Positions 38,461-51,754 are shown, counted from the first letter of the stretch. The stretch: 64,000 bases of DNA from Octopus vulgaris (GCA_951406725.2 OX597815.1:181412001-181476000), one strand, 5' to 3'. Program-made: numbers and translations. Notes: generated by a model not told the origin, from the sequence alone.

Positions 38461-38899
38461 GGCGTAGGAGTGGCTGTGTGGTTAGTATTTTGCTTACCAA
38501 CCGCATGGTTCCAGGTTCAGTCCCACTGCGTGGCACCTTGGGCATAGTGTCTTCTACTACAGCCTCGGGCCGACCAAAGCCTTGTGAGTGGATTTGGTAC
38601 ACGGAAAATGAAAGAAGCCCGTCGTATATATGTATGTATATATATTTATATATATATATGTATGTTTGTGTGTGTGTGTGTGTGTATGTTTGTGTGTGTG
38701 TGTTTGTCCCCCCAACATCGCTTGACAGACGATGCTGGTGTGTTTACGTCCCCATAACTTAGCGGTTCGGCAAAAGAGGCCGATAGAATAAGTACTAGGC
38801 TTACAAAGAATACGTCATGGGGTCGACTTGCTCGTCTAAAGGCTGTGCTCCAGCATGGCCACAGTCAAATGGCAGACACAAGTAAAAGAGAAAAAAGAG
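38461..38899 (+). mobile_element. SINE family B, full length
   Basis: Family B head, CORE-like motif and tail. Confidence 0.9.
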
Positions 38900-38980
38900 A
38901 GATGCACATTATACAAATTTGCAGACAAGTACAGTAAATAGAACTTTCACACAAGCAAATATATATTCAGACAGACACAC

Positions 38981-39280
38981 GTGAAGGCACGAGGCCGAAT
39001 AGTTAGGGCGTTGCACTCGCGATCACTTGATCATGGGTTCCATTCCTAGGGAGAATGACGGTTGTGATTTCGAGCAAAATACTTCATTTCATGTTGCCCC
39101 AGTCAACTAAGCTGTAAATGGGTCACCCAACAACATATTAGCCTTTTGATGAGGGGAGAATGTTGACCTACTCAGCAAGCCAGCGAGGTGGCATCTTTCA
39201 GGAGCTAAAACGATGGAAAGCGCATTGTGACCAGCCACGTATATCAACATTCAAGGATCTGGTCTATCACGTGATCACGT
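38981..39280 (+). mobile_element. Diverged tRNA-derived SINE (family C-related head)
   Basis: GGCCGAATAGTTAGGGCG..GGTTCCATTCC; tail GCGCATTGTGACCAGC shared with 9482-9540. Confidence 0.6.
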
Positions 39281-39451
39281 GATTCTCAAAAAAGATTAGT
39301 ACCATCCTTATAACAGTTTTCATAACATAAAAAAAAATGATTTGTTTTAAAAAATCACTTTTACACTTTCAAAAAGTATAAGAAATCTTCATAGACATTC
39401 CAATATATGTATATGTATATATATATATATACGTGTGTGTGTGTATGTATG

Positions 39452-39510
<59 letters not shown>

Positions 39511-39649
39511 TGATCCCTCGGCATATCGCAGTTTATTATTTAAGCTTACGTCGATTCCTCTGTGCTGTTGTTTTCGGAATAATATTTATATAAGCGCGCG
39601 CATGCACACACACACACACACACACCGTTTCATACACTATATATAAAAA

Positions 39650-40030
39650 TGTGGAGCCGCAATGGCCCAGTGGTTAGGGCAGCGGATTCGCGGTCGTAGG
39701 ATCGCGGTTTCGATTCCCAGTCCGGGCGTTGTGAGAGTTTATTGTGCGAAAAAGAAAAAGACACCTAAAGCTCCGGCAGGGGTGATGGCGAACTCTGCTG
39801 TACTCTTTCACCACAACATTCTCTCACTCTTTCTTCCTGTTTCTGTTGTACCTGTATTTCAAAGGGCCGGCCTTGTCACACTCTGTGTCGCGTTGAATCT
39901 CCCCCGAGAACTACGTTAAGGGTACTCGTGTCTGTGGAGTGCTCAGCCACTTGCACGTTAATTTCACGAGCAGGCTGTTCCGTTGACTCGATCAACTGGA
40001 ACCCTCGTCGTTGTAACCGACGGACTGTCA
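39650..40030 (+). mobile_element. SINE family C (tRNA-Arg-like head), full length
   Basis: A-box TGGCCCAGTGG, B-box GGTTTCGATTCC; matches 62549-62932. Confidence 0.9.
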
Positions 40031-40351
40031 CGATATAAAAATATTTATAAACTGATTTATAGATTATATGAATAGATAATTAAGAGTTATAAATCAAACA
40101 GATAAGTAGAATTGCTCACGGTAGGAAAAACAGTAGACAAAAACGTTGAAAATACTGTTTTGATAAGTCAATAAATATTGTATAATTTTATTAGAACGAT
40201 TACAGAAAAGCTATGATTATTAATGAAGATACAGTGATAAATTTAGAGTTGTGTATACAATTAAGAGGCAAATTTTATATGACCGTAAGGTGTTATACTG
40301 TAAACTGATATGTATGTATCTGTGTGTTGTGTATATCTATATATTCATATA

Positions 40352-40423
<72 letters not shown>

Positions 40424-40799
40424 GAATTAAAGGAACTACGAGAAATAGAGGAAAATAAGACATTTCGTTATAAATTCCTTCAACACAAATTTGAAAGAGA
40501 TAGGGAATAAGGAAACACAACAGAATTTGATATAATCGGCTCTGAGAGGAAGTTTGACAAGCTGAGGGCTAAAATATGAATCTTAGAAGATAGGATTTGA
40601 TGAAGATCTTTAAGAAAGTGAACTTGGGAAGAAAACCATAACAAGAATGTTACAGGAAAAGAGAAATTATAAAAGAGGACGTGGTAATGGTTAAAATGTG
40701 GATAGCAGTTAAATGGAAGAAATTATAACAATTAAATTTGAAATATAATTTAGATTCAATATTAAAAATCGAGTTATTTGACTAAAAGTTTAACAGAAC

Positions 40800-41014
40800 A
40801 TAAAAAATACGAAGTACTCTGTGTTGATTGCAAGTTCAGGTTTATAACTGTAATTATTGGGGCCCTGGGATGTGCAGCACTCTGTCTAAATGCCAATCTT
40901 GAGAAATTGGGCTTCTCAAAACCAGAAAGGAGAAGGCTAGTTCGAGGACTGCAGATCCAGTTCATCACTGGAGCTGTAGAGGTCTGTAAAGCTTTCCAGA
41001 GGTTTGTCATTTAG
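40800..41014 (+). mobile_element. 3' fragment of an REL-endonuclease LINE
   Basis: FITVIIGALG..LEKLG..LQ...ITGAVEVCKAFQRF*. Confidence 0.55.
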
Positions 41015-41036
41015 ATATGTATGTACATGGCTAGAA

Positions 41037-41170
41037 GTTTTATATAAATAAACAACCTGTTTGTACATTCACAAAAAGAATTTTATTTGACCAAGTTTGA
41101 AAATCGAACGAAAGCGCTAATAATGACTATATTAAAAAAAAAATCTTTTTCCAAAATTCTGGCGACCTCC
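41037..41170 (+). mobile_element. Single arm of the 57237-57606 palindrome family with HHR-like fold
   Basis: TTAT TTGACCA A GTTT GAAAATC GAAC GAA AGCGCT A ATAA at 41083-41123. Confidence 0.65.
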
Positions 41171-41172
41171 TC

Positions 41173-41291
<119 letters not shown>

Positions 41292-41345
41292 ATATATATA
41301 TATATATATATATGTAAGGATAGCTAGATAGATGGATAGATATAT

Positions 41346-41560
41346 ATTTCTTTACTACCCACAAGGGGACAAACAAGGAAAGACAAAGAGATTAAGTCGA
41401 TTGCATCGACCCCAGTGCGTAACTAGTACTTTATTTATCGACCCCGAAAGGATGAAAGGCAAAGTCGACCTCGGCGGAATTTGAACTCAGAACGTAACGA
41501 CAGACGAAATACCGCTAAGCATTTCGCCCGGCGAGCGAACGTTTCTGCCAGCTCGCCGCC
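41346..41560 (-). mobile_element. SINE family A with a small internal deletion
   Basis: Family A match; diagnostic GGCGAGCGAACG variant. Confidence 0.9.
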
Positions 41561-41588
41561 GTACAGATGGAAAGATATAGCTTATATG

Positions 41589-41869
41589 CAGTGGCGGACT
41601 GGGTCTAAAAATATTTGTTGCCAGGAGACTAATGGGGGGGGGACCCACAACTACAATGCTATCTTTTATTTATTTTTTTTTTTTTGGTTAAAAGTGTTCT
41701 TTTCAACTGTCTACAAACACAGCCAGGCTGAAATAATTAACGCATTCTTCTAGAAGTGAATAAAAAATTATCAAACTCGAGGGGACGGGCTCCTTAGATA
41801 CTAACATAGGTCCCCGTATATGGCCCACTTGCCATCGAGCAAGCTGGTAGCCTGGCCAGTCCGCTACTG
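41589..41869. mobile_element. hAT-like MITE, complete, 8-bp TSD
   Basis: TIR CAGTGGCGGACTGG / CCAGTCCGCTACTG; TSD CTTATATG at 41581-41588 and 41870-41877. Confidence 0.9.
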
Positions 41870-41888
41870 CTTATATGTTGAATCTGCA

Positions 41889-42094
41889 TCGCCGGGCGAA
41901 ATGCGTAGCCGTATTTCGTCTGCCGTTACGTTCTGAGTTAAAATTCCGCCGAGGTCGACTTTGCCTTTCATCCTTTCGGGGTCGATTAAATAAGTACCAG
42001 TAACGCACTGGGGTCGATGTAATCGACTTAACCCGTTTGTCTGTCCTTGTTTGTCTCCCCTCTGTGTTTAATCCCTTGTGGGTAGTAAAGAAAT
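41889..42094 (+). mobile_element. 5'-truncated SINE family A, 16-bp TSD
   Basis: TSD ATATGTTGAATCTGCA at 41873-41888 and 42095-42110. Confidence 0.9.
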
Positions 42095-42632
42095 ATATGT
42101 TGAATCTGCACTCAACTCACTCAGGTCTCGAGGCTCAGCTTTCGGCAATACTGTATTTTACGATACATCTTTCTGATATCTTCCATCCGATGTAAGTCTA
42201 TGCGCGCTAGTCCTGGGGTCGTGCACTGTAAACATTCTTAAAATGTCACCACCAAAAGATGTAGCGCAGTTCTCTTGTTATTTATATATCTGCTGTGTGA
42301 TAGTACACATAATTGTTACTATTATGCGTCGTTAATATTCAAGAGCTGCTCGGTGGATTCCAGAAGTCTTATAGCAATATGGTTGTCTCAGGCGAGATTC
42401 GTGCTTCAGTTTGATTAGCTTTCTATCCTGGCTTACAGACAAACATCTCAATGATTGAAATACTGTCAGTGGAAAGAGTATGATTGATACGAAACACAAA
42501 GTGATGGGGAATGGCTTTAAATCATAATATATATTTATAGTCTAACCTTCAGTACTGAAAATATTTCATTAGAATTTTAAATAAGAACACACACACACAC
42601 GTACAAACAAACACACACACATATGTATAGAA

Positions 42633-42917
42633 GGAGCACTCCGTTGGTTACGACGACGAGGGTCCCAAATGATACGATCAACGGAACAACTTACTCGTGA
42701 AATTAACGTGCAAGTGGCTGAGCACTTCACAGACGCATGTACCCTCAACGTAGTTCTCAGGGAGATTCAGCGTGACACAGCTGGCCCTTTGAAATACAGC
42801 TGAATGGACTGGAGCAACGTGAAATATAGTGTCTTACTCAAGGGCACAACGCGTCGCCGGGAATTGAACTCACGACCTTTCGATCGTGAGCCGAATACCC
42901 CATCCACTAAGCCATGC
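42633..42917 (-). mobile_element. SINE with family C tail and a variant tRNA head
   Basis: GCACTCCGTTGGTTACGACGACGAGGG tail; reverse complement GCATGGCTTAGTGG..GAGTTCAATTCCC head. Confidence 0.8.
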
Positions 42918-43699
42918 TTTTTTAAACAAATTTATACAATATCGACAATTTTTCGGCCATCGTAGACTTGTGTGCAGCACATACACTCCTTCACATACAC
43001 TTCCTGAAAGTTTGCGGAGACCTCTGAGCAGGTATCACACGCTACGACCTTCCTTCCAAGCACTGCTGTGAACAGCGGAAGTGAGCTAGAACGTTAAAAC
43101 TTAGTGTGCATGCACAACAGAGTTTAAAGTCAATCTTTGCTAAGTGGCTTTACACTGCATGCCTTAGCTTCGTTACTATAGCAAGTCTCAAAACCTATTG
43201 ATCAGACCTCGTAACTTGGAAAAACCAAGCTGCCTTCGGTTTGTGTGTGTGTGTATGTGTGTGTGTGTGTGTATGTGTAACAAAAGAGGTGGGTGTACTT
43301 CCACGCAGGAGAAAAACATAGGCAAATTTGATTTTGAAAATGCACCTAAATTTAAAATAGATTTATATACATATATAACAAACTAGCTCAACAATATTTT
43401 TTCGTTTATCAATGGTAAAAATTTAGAAATATGAATTAGAAAAACATAGTTAAATGTTTCAATGTTGACAAGTTTAAATGCTCTTAACATTCAAAAATAT
43501 AAAAACTGTGGATCAACTTGTTTAAATGTACAAATCTCATTAGTATTAGTAGTGGTCGACAAGAAATGAATATCATCCAAGTTTCAGTCATATTGAGTTA
43601 AGAGGGAGAAAAACAAGGGAGAAATGAAAATAGTAAAAAAAAAGGGATTTGGTTTACAGTTTCTGTGATTCTCTTTCCGTCCTGTGCAGGAACTTTCGC

Positions 43700-44432
43700 T
43701 TCTAACGGTGTTTTTTGGAATCCGGTATATTTATAATTTTTTTCCGCGAACGGGTCTGATTTTTGGTCCATTAAAGTACTGGTGACATCTTGTTTTTCTG
43801 GTGGTCAAGTTCGTCGTTCTGCCTGGTTGGCTTCCCTGTGGAGGACAGTCAGCCATTCCAGTTGGCTGATTCTTTTAAAGGGTCGTTTTGTTGTATTTGC
43901 TCAAGTTCGGTTTTGATCGGAGGTAAAATTTCATTGGTCTAGTGTTAGGTGACGTTAGCAACTGGTGTTTGAACGGTGTTATTGTATGGTGATTTGGAGT
44001 TGCAGTTTCGAAGCTCGGATAGAAAACTGTTACTTAAGGTTTTAGAAATTTTCTGTTGTACCTGGTTGCTTTTTTGAAGAGAAATTGATTTTCTTTTTCT
44101 CTTTAGCGTTTTTTCTTCTCTCTAAAAAATATTCAGCTGTGGTTTATATTTTTTAATGAGTATGATTTCCTTATTTAAACGGAACTGGGTTGAAGTGTTT
44201 CTGGTGCATTGATAGAGAGGGAAGATTTAGTATTACGGGTTTGTTTACGGGGCATTGAGCTAGGTGTTTTCTTACGGAAATTTTCCTGGTTATGGGGTGC
44301 CGGATTTGTTACCTGTGCACCATTAGCCTGTCCATCAAGGTTAAACTAGTTTGACCTATGTAGTCTCCACCACACCCTCCGCATTTGGGAACATAGATTA
44401 AGTACTTCGAAGTACAGGTAAAGTGATATTTT
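43700..44432 (-). mobile_element. Decayed Penelope-like GIY-YIG endonuclease fragment (second PLE lineage) plus 3' region
   Basis: HFTCTSKYLIYVPKCGGCGGDYIGQTSLTLMDRLMVHR*QIRHP..KHL..C..KEIILIKKYKPQLN at ~44130-44430; lower boundary uncertain. Confidence 0.8.
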
Positions 44433-44519
44433 TATAAAATTTTGACAGGTAACAAATCCGAGACCCCACGATCAGGAAAATTCCTGTGTGCAAACACCTA
44501 GACCAACTTAAAAAAACGT

Positions 44520-45665
44520 AAGCAAACAACTAGACGACTTTTGTTCGCCATCCAGCTCGATCCGAAGCAAGGCTTTCTATGGCCTTTGGATCCATTCCAA
44601 ATGACTTCATGGTAGTCCTTATGCTGCCCTTAAACTTCTTTTTAGGATTACACCGATTGCGTTTCCTCTTTGCAGGCTCTCTCCCAGCTGTTTGGGTATG
44701 CGTTCATCCGCCTTTCGAACAATATGGCCATATAATTTCATTTGATTTTTCAGAATCATTTATCTAATTGAAGTGATGCCTGCAGACGCAAAGACATCTG
44801 TATCTGGAATAAAAAAAAAAGACCCATTTAATATTTAAAATGCGGCGAAGGCGCTTTAGGTGGAAGAGTTTTAAAGATTTTTAATGTCTTTCATAACATG
44901 TCCATGATTCAGAAGAATACAACAGGGATGGTGAGACAAACTATTTGTAAAGGGCCAATTTTGTGCTGTCATTTATATGTCGCTAGCGCAAAAAACATGA
45001 CTCCAAATCACTAAATGCTTGTGCTGCCATTTGAATTCGCAGATGTATTTCTGTGTCCAGATTTCCCTCATTTTGTACAAGGCTTCCAAAGTAAATGAAA
45101 GAGCCAACAACTTCAAGTAATTTACCCTTAACGAAATTTTTAGAGGAGTTGCAAACAGAACCACGTTCAAGTTGAAACATTACAACTGTTTTTTCAAGCT
45201 GATAGTCAGACCAAAACAATCACAAGCTGTGTCAAATGCCGATACAAGAGACTGCAGGCCCATTTCAGAGTGACTGACTAAATTGCAATCGTTAGAGTAT
45301 AAGAGTTCCCTAATGAGTGAAGTAAAAACCTTTGTTTTGAATTTCAGTCTGGTAAGATTAAAAACATTCCCTGTTGCTCGATACCTTATGTAACTACTTT
45401 CCTCGGAGTTTTGAAAAGCGTGTAACAACACAGCAGTAACGTATATTGCAAAGGGTGTGGGTGCATCAAGGTCTCCTTGCTTTAATCCATTGTTCACGGC
45501 AAATGATTCTGAGAGCCTACCACCAAAATTAACTCTAGCCTTCATATCTTAATGCAAAACCCTGATCATGTTCACAAATATTTCTGGGCAACGTATTTTT
45601 CATCGAATTAGCCACAGAGCATTTCGATTAACCGTATCGAGTGCCTTGCTTAAATCAACAAAATA
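44520..45665 (-). mobile_element. Decayed RTE (BovB-like) LINE reverse transcriptase
   Basis: FVDLSKALDTVNR, NGLKQGDLDAPTPF, RELLYSNDC, FGLTISLKK, FIYFGS, EIHLRI; frameshifts. Confidence 0.9.
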
Positions 45666-47016
45666 ACATATATATATATATGAAAATTAAATAGAGAGAT
45701 ACAATTGACAATCCAATAATTATTTATATTATATAACATAATATTATATAGCATAATATATTATATAACATGATATACCATGAATATATTATAAGGTATG
45801 GCAACATAAACAATTACTAAAAAAACCCCTAAAAAAGCCAACAATTTGCTTTGACTTATATACATTTTTTGATATATAAACAATTCAATTCCCTTATATA
45901 AGCCTCATTAGAGCCAATAGTTTGAAGATAGGGGAAATTCCGTGTGAAAGGACGGCTGGATAGTATAAAAAAATAATTCAAATGCCTATGCCTCATGAGC
46001 GTGTGCGTTAGCCATGAAACTTTATATCAATTACAATTAAAAGCAACAGAATTATAACGGACAAAATAATTATGTATCATCTACAACTGTCGAAATATAT
46101 TTCTGTATATCTCAAAAAATATTAAGCCAAACACCTTCCTTGGCACAGAGTCTAAAATATAGTAGTAGTCGGCAAAAGCTACCAATCCTAACGAAGTTAC
46201 TGGGTATCAGATTTCTATATTGTATGTTAAATTATTAACCCATCGCAACAGGGAGCGTACCCAAACATCTCCCATAGCATAACATCCAAAATATAGTTGT
46301 AATCGCTAAAAGCCGGCCCTAACAAAGTTTTTGGGGATCTAATTTCCGTACTGTATGTTGATACCATTGTACCATGATAAGAGAGAACAATAGCTTAAGG
46401 CTAATGGCTAGAAGCAGCCGATCTAGTTCCGTATAAATGTCATTCTGAGTAATTTTTTTTTCTGTTTCCTTTCTTTCTTTCCATCTCTTCTCTTTTCTTG
46501 TCTTCCTTTCCTTTGGCAGTTGATTAGTTGAACTCCGATCGTTCAGGATATTTTTTTGAAACACAGACGCACTCAAAATGTACACCTGAAACAACTGTAA
46601 GACTATAATCCACAAATGGATGTATAAAGCTCATTATATATATATATATATATAATATGTGTGTTTGTGTGTGTGTATGTGTGTGCATGTACGTGTGTAT
46701 ATGTGTATGTGTCATACGCAGTCGTTCGTATGTAGACAGAGAGAAAGAAAAATAAATGCAAAGCATTTCCTTTTAAGCCATGACCTCGTTTTCCTGTAAA
46801 TTGTCTGAGTAAAGTCTTTCTGTATATCAAAGAGTTTAGAATCTCTTTGAATCTCTTTCTTCCTTAGTAAAAACAGCTTTTAAAATTTGCAGTAGCTTTT
46901 TGACATTTAAATCCACCTCTTATTATCATACTTACACCAGTTTCCAGCGACTGCCTGTTACACTCTGTCGATCTATTGCAGGCGAAATTCACAGACGGTC
47001 ATTCATTTTATATTTT

Positions 47017-47149
47017 AACAACAACAACAACAACAAAGAGCAGCAACAACTGCAACAACAGCTGCAGCAGCAGCAGCAACACCACCACCAACAACAGCAG
47101 CAACAGTAACAACAACAACAGCAACAACGATTTCATTTATTTGCCAGCA
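47017..47149. repeat. (CAA/CAG)n
   Basis: Directly visible. Confidence 0.9.
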
Positions 47150-47930
47150 GGGCGAAAGTTGAGGGGGACAATACAAAGACAAAAATCAAAGCGTGGGGTT
47201 TCATTTATAATGAAATCATAAAATAAAAAAAACAGGAGTAAGTATATACAGTATACAATGAAAAGAAAAGGGAAAATACATGGTACACAAAGGTAAAAAA
47301 AGGGGGCATGATATTGATGTAGTACTCCTGATATAGGGCCTTTAAGAATAATCGAGGAATCTCACTGTCCAAGACCTCCCTGAACACCAATTCGTTCCAA
47401 CTACGAGGTTCCGCTATTCTCGAGGATACTTTCATACAAAAGCACATCCTTAGCATAGCTGCAACGTACCCCAAACTAGCTTTCCTTTTTATAACCTGGA
47501 GATATTTCAACCCTAAGCAGCTGCGGACCCTCTAAAAGGCAATGGAGGACTGCGCTCACAGCTGTTCAAGCACTGTTGATACCCTGAAACGCATCCTAAG
47601 AATGGTGACTCGGCCGATTAGTATGGCCTCATGTGACCCACAAGCGTGCAGTTCCATCTGTCTTTACTCTCGCTACTATAACTTGTTAGCCTCATACCTT
47701 CAGGCGCTCAGACCTACCCATCTCTTCATCTTTCATTATCCTTAGTGTAACGAACCTCTCTTTCCCTGAACTAACCACAAGCTTCCTTCCTTCTCCCCCA
47801 GAACAACGGGTGTCTGAAGTCTCCTTTCCTGCTCATATCTTTCCTGCAGGTGTTGACGTGCAAAATATTATACGGAACATCATCTTTCGGAACGCCTACA
47901 AAGACTCTGCTTCTTCCTTCAGACTCAACC
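47150..47930 (-). mobile_element. Unclassified decayed retroelement-like block
   Basis: Higher-GC block ending at a microsatellite after ATAAATGAAAT on the - strand; no motif securely recognised. Confidence 0.25.
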
Positions 47931-49368
47931 AAATAAAAAAAAATCTGTAAAATAACTGCCATTATCATTACTGTTAGTTCCGAGTTTTCCATTGTCATTT
48001 TTTCAAAACAGCTTACATCTTAATTTTAAAAATTCAGTTTGATTAAGTTATAAAAATCAAATCAAACTGAGGAGAAGAAATGTTAACATTCAATACATAA
48101 AAAGGCTCAACTGTCCTACGGAACGGAGACTGACCTTGTAGAGTATGTCATCCCTTCGGTGATTGTTTTAGATTCCTATGTAGTCGCAAGCAGACATGGG
48201 TACAATCTCAACCCTCTTGACTTTGACCCAGAAGAAAATCTGGTATGTAATAACTGGAGATGGAGAGAGCTTCCCCAGGGTTCATTTGGTACCCATTTAT
48301 AGCTAAGTAGACCGGAGAAGCGTGAAATGAAACGATTTACTTAAAGAAACTGTCCAGTGTTAGAATCAAGCCCCCGAAGTTATAATCGTAAATCCAGGTA
48401 TTAAGCAAACGAAACATAGAGTAAAAGAAAACTAGAGAACATAAAGATTGAGAATGAGAGAGAGAGAGAGAGAGAGAAAGAGAGCGATAGGGAGGGAGAG
48501 ATTGGAAGGAAGCAGGCGATAAAGGAAATGGAAAGAATATGTAAATGTTAGAAATAGAAGAGGAAACAGCGAAAAATAAAGAACGGGGAAGATATGGAAA
48601 GAGTGCCCCCTTTATTCATCTGAGGGTATCATAAATGATACTAGAAGTTTCATTGATTAGAGAAAGTGAAATTAAACATGAAAAATGTGTGGCTATAAAA
48701 CTGATTTAAATCAGAAAACCGAGAGAGAAATAGAAAGTAGAAAGAAAGAGTATCTGTGAAGGAGTAAATCTAGATAGGAGAAAGATATATATTTATATGG
48801 GAGTAAATGCTGAAGACGTGTCTGTTCTAATAGCATAAAATTTAGAAAGACAATATAAATTTAGCTGATTATATGAGGAGAAAGAAAAAGGGTGGAAACT
48901 AAAGGTGGTGAAATGAGGAAAAGTACCGAGAATGGAAACAGAAAGAAAAAAGGGAACGAAAATTCAGGGAAGAATAGTGAGCGAAAAGAAGAAAAAATAT
49001 ATATCTTTACTTATGGTGAGCGGAAAGATTAGAACAAGAAATGATGAAGCAGAAGACAAAACAAAACAAAATAAATAAATAACGGGATGCATTCGAAATT
49101 AAATAAAATAAAGGAAAGGAAAAATGTTCTCAAGAAAGTATATTGAAAATAGAATCCACAAAAATGAAGTGGATCATTTCGCAAAAATAAAATCGCCCAT
49201 CCTGTGTGGATTGTGTTAAAGTGTTTTGTGAAATTCTTAATTGTTGCGTAAAATGGTTTTACGAGCAATTATATTCTATAAGAATTTGAATTTGTATTAC
49301 ATTATTATACAATGTACTCTAAAGTTTTGAGTACTTTATTTCCATTGCCGTATCACTTTCCAAGCATG

Positions 49369-49422
<54 letters not shown>

Positions 49423-49515
49423 TAATCCAAACAAGAAAAACAAAAAGACAACAACGCGAGGATGTGGAACAAATAAAGTATTATTGGGCGCTCAGGAAAG
49501 AAGGGAAGAAGGAGG

Positions 49516-49550
49516 GTATGACGTTTCGAGCGGAGCTCTTCGTCGGAAAC
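49516..49550 (-). ncRNA. Minimal HHR fold (CCGACGA core) in a ~205-bp element at 49418-49623
   Basis: GTTT CCGACGA A GAGC TCC GCTC GAA ACGT C ATAC. Confidence 0.6.
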
Positions 49551-49786
49551 ATAGGAGAAAGAAAGATCCCGAGGTGGGAGGACAGAGGGAAAAAATGCAA
49601 GTGGTCTTCACGAGGTCACATACTTAAAAGCATGTGTGTATATATATATATACACACACATACATGTATGTATATAAATATATATGTACATACATACATA
49701 CATACATACATACATACATACATGTATATATATATATTATTTATTATTATTATTTAATTGAACGTCACGCATCCATTTCCAAATAA

Positions 49787-49818
<32 letters not shown>

Positions 49819-49822
<4 letters not shown>

Positions 49823-50408
49823 CAAATAAAAAAATAGAGAGGATAAACAATTGACAAACATCAGCCTGTAAACATTCGATTATATGTATTCATTGATTAC
49901 AATCATATGTGTAAATGATCCAAGTAAACGAATGAAATAAGCCAATAAAAAAGTAAATAAATATATAAATAAAAATAAACGAATAAGAATAGATGAGTGT
50001 ACAAATACTAAACTCTTACGGCTGTTTCTACCACAGGGGTGCCAAATCTTCCAAGTTTTCCTCATGACGCCAGTGATAAATGGAGATGAACAAACATTGG
50101 CCAGGGGTTGAACAATGGTTGAGCCACAAGACTTCATCAGAGAGACCAAATGTTAAGAAACTAACATGTGAGAAAATAAGTTAGAATAATAGAGTTTTCA
50201 TGAACAGCCAGTGATTGTCTCACACTGAGGACGGGTGACCACTCAGAAACCGTGGTCTGTGAGTATCACGTAAGGCTGGAGATGGAGGCTATGACCTCCC
50301 TTGTAAACACTATACGGACACAGACTGTGTGTCGATAGCCAGCTGGAAAAGATGTTTTCTTGGGGCTTAAACAACAGTAACATTGTCCTATATAAGACCG
50401 CCACATTA
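49819..50408. mobile_element. Non-coding element between microsatellites carrying two opposite-strand HHR motifs
   Basis: Split HHR at 50013-50144 (-); intact HHR at 50219-50263 (+); 50200-50408 homologous to 60310-60515. Confidence 0.65.
50219..50263 (+). ncRNA. Minimal type-I hammerhead ribozyme
   Basis: CTCACA CTGAGGA C GGGTG AC CACTC A GAA ACCGTGGT C TGTGAG; GUC site. Confidence 0.8.
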
Positions 50409-51278
50409 CACACACACACACATATATATATATATAAGTACAGATTAAGCTTTTAGTTGAGGGTCAATTGTAACGGTTAAAGTTTATTTTTTGTATCGGT
50501 TGAAATTCTTTTGTAATGGCAAGTTGTAAGATATGAAGATGAACAATGCATGAAGTTTTAAGGAAATATTTATTTTTACCGTTACGTTGAAAATACCTTG
50601 CCTCATCGGGCAGATTATAAAATCCGAGAGCATGCGAAAGAAAGTTAGATGTGGTAGAAATTTTCTTTGGATAGTTCTGTGTACACGTTGTTAGTAATAA
50701 TTCACAGATAGCGACAGAATGATGTTGTGAGAGATCAGAATTAGAGCTAGTGAAATTTGTAGGGTCGTGGGACGTTGTCTCACAGTTGCTGACAGTAAAT
50801 TTCATTTCTCTGTCCGATTATTGTCTTTAGTAGCTGCGTTACTTGTGGTCAGGATTCTCGCAGTCCTTTCCCTTACTGATTGAGTTGTCACGAGCCGACT
50901 CACTCAGTTGTCACCAAGTGACGACTTGTTGAGTTATCACCAAGTGACTGACTGTCTTTTGCTTGTGGGTTCTTGTTTTTATAACTATCCAGAAAGATAG
51001 TCATATCATTGAGAACAATAGGCTTCGTTGGTGGTACTGTGATATCTCTATTCTAGGTTTTGGTGAAGTAGAATACATTAGAAAGGGTCAAGTGGTGAAG
51101 GCATTATTTCGGCCTAGCTAAAGACATCTAGCATATGTAAAACTGCCGTCACTGAAAAAACCATTGTTCCACCGTGAGAAAAGTTCTGTTGAACTGTTAA
51201 TTTAAACTTTAAACTTGGTTATGATGGATCGAATCCACTTCATGCTTGCAAGATTCACTACATATATGCTTGCATGAT

Positions 51279-51319
<41 letters not shown>

Positions 51320-51321
<2 letters not shown>

Positions 51322-51709
51322 TAGAGTAAATTAGGGGTTATGGGTGCAACCCACTAAGGGATAGTATTTATCCAATATACTGTTGGTAAAGTACCCAAAT
51401 TCTTAATACATAAATGTTTTTAATTGCAATACAATGCAATTAATTTATTTATTGTATTAAACGGGTGAAGGTAAAGAAATATTTTACCGTTAATTTATAA
51501 TACAAATAAGAAAATGGAGAAGCAATTTAATTTTTTCATCAACTTTCGGATATTAGAATGTTGAATTATTTATTCAGTTAACAAAATGAGAACCTTAATA
51601 CCATACATATATACCTTATAATTCAATACATATAAAATAAGAATATAATTATAAAAATCATAATATAAATTATTGAAATCATTAAAATCACTTCTTACAG
51701 CTGTTTCAG

Positions 51710-51711
<2 letters not shown>
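51320..51711 (-). mobile_element. (TA)n-flanked element truncated within an HHR; tail homologous to 52880-53017
   Basis: Reverse complement GGCTGAAACAGCTGTAAGAAG at 51691-51711; shared TGCAACCC..GGGATA..ATCCAATATACTG..GTACCCAA block. Confidence 0.6.

Positions 51712-51754
<43 letters not shown>

Noticed and set aside
46900-47149. Poly-Q ORF
   Set aside because: (CAA/CAG)n microsatellite with no surrounding exon structure
50464-50805. 113-aa ORF and a CCGATGA-GGCAAG...CTTGCC long hairpin on the - strand
   Set aside because: No protein motif; the HHR-like half lacks an adjacent GAAA/stem III
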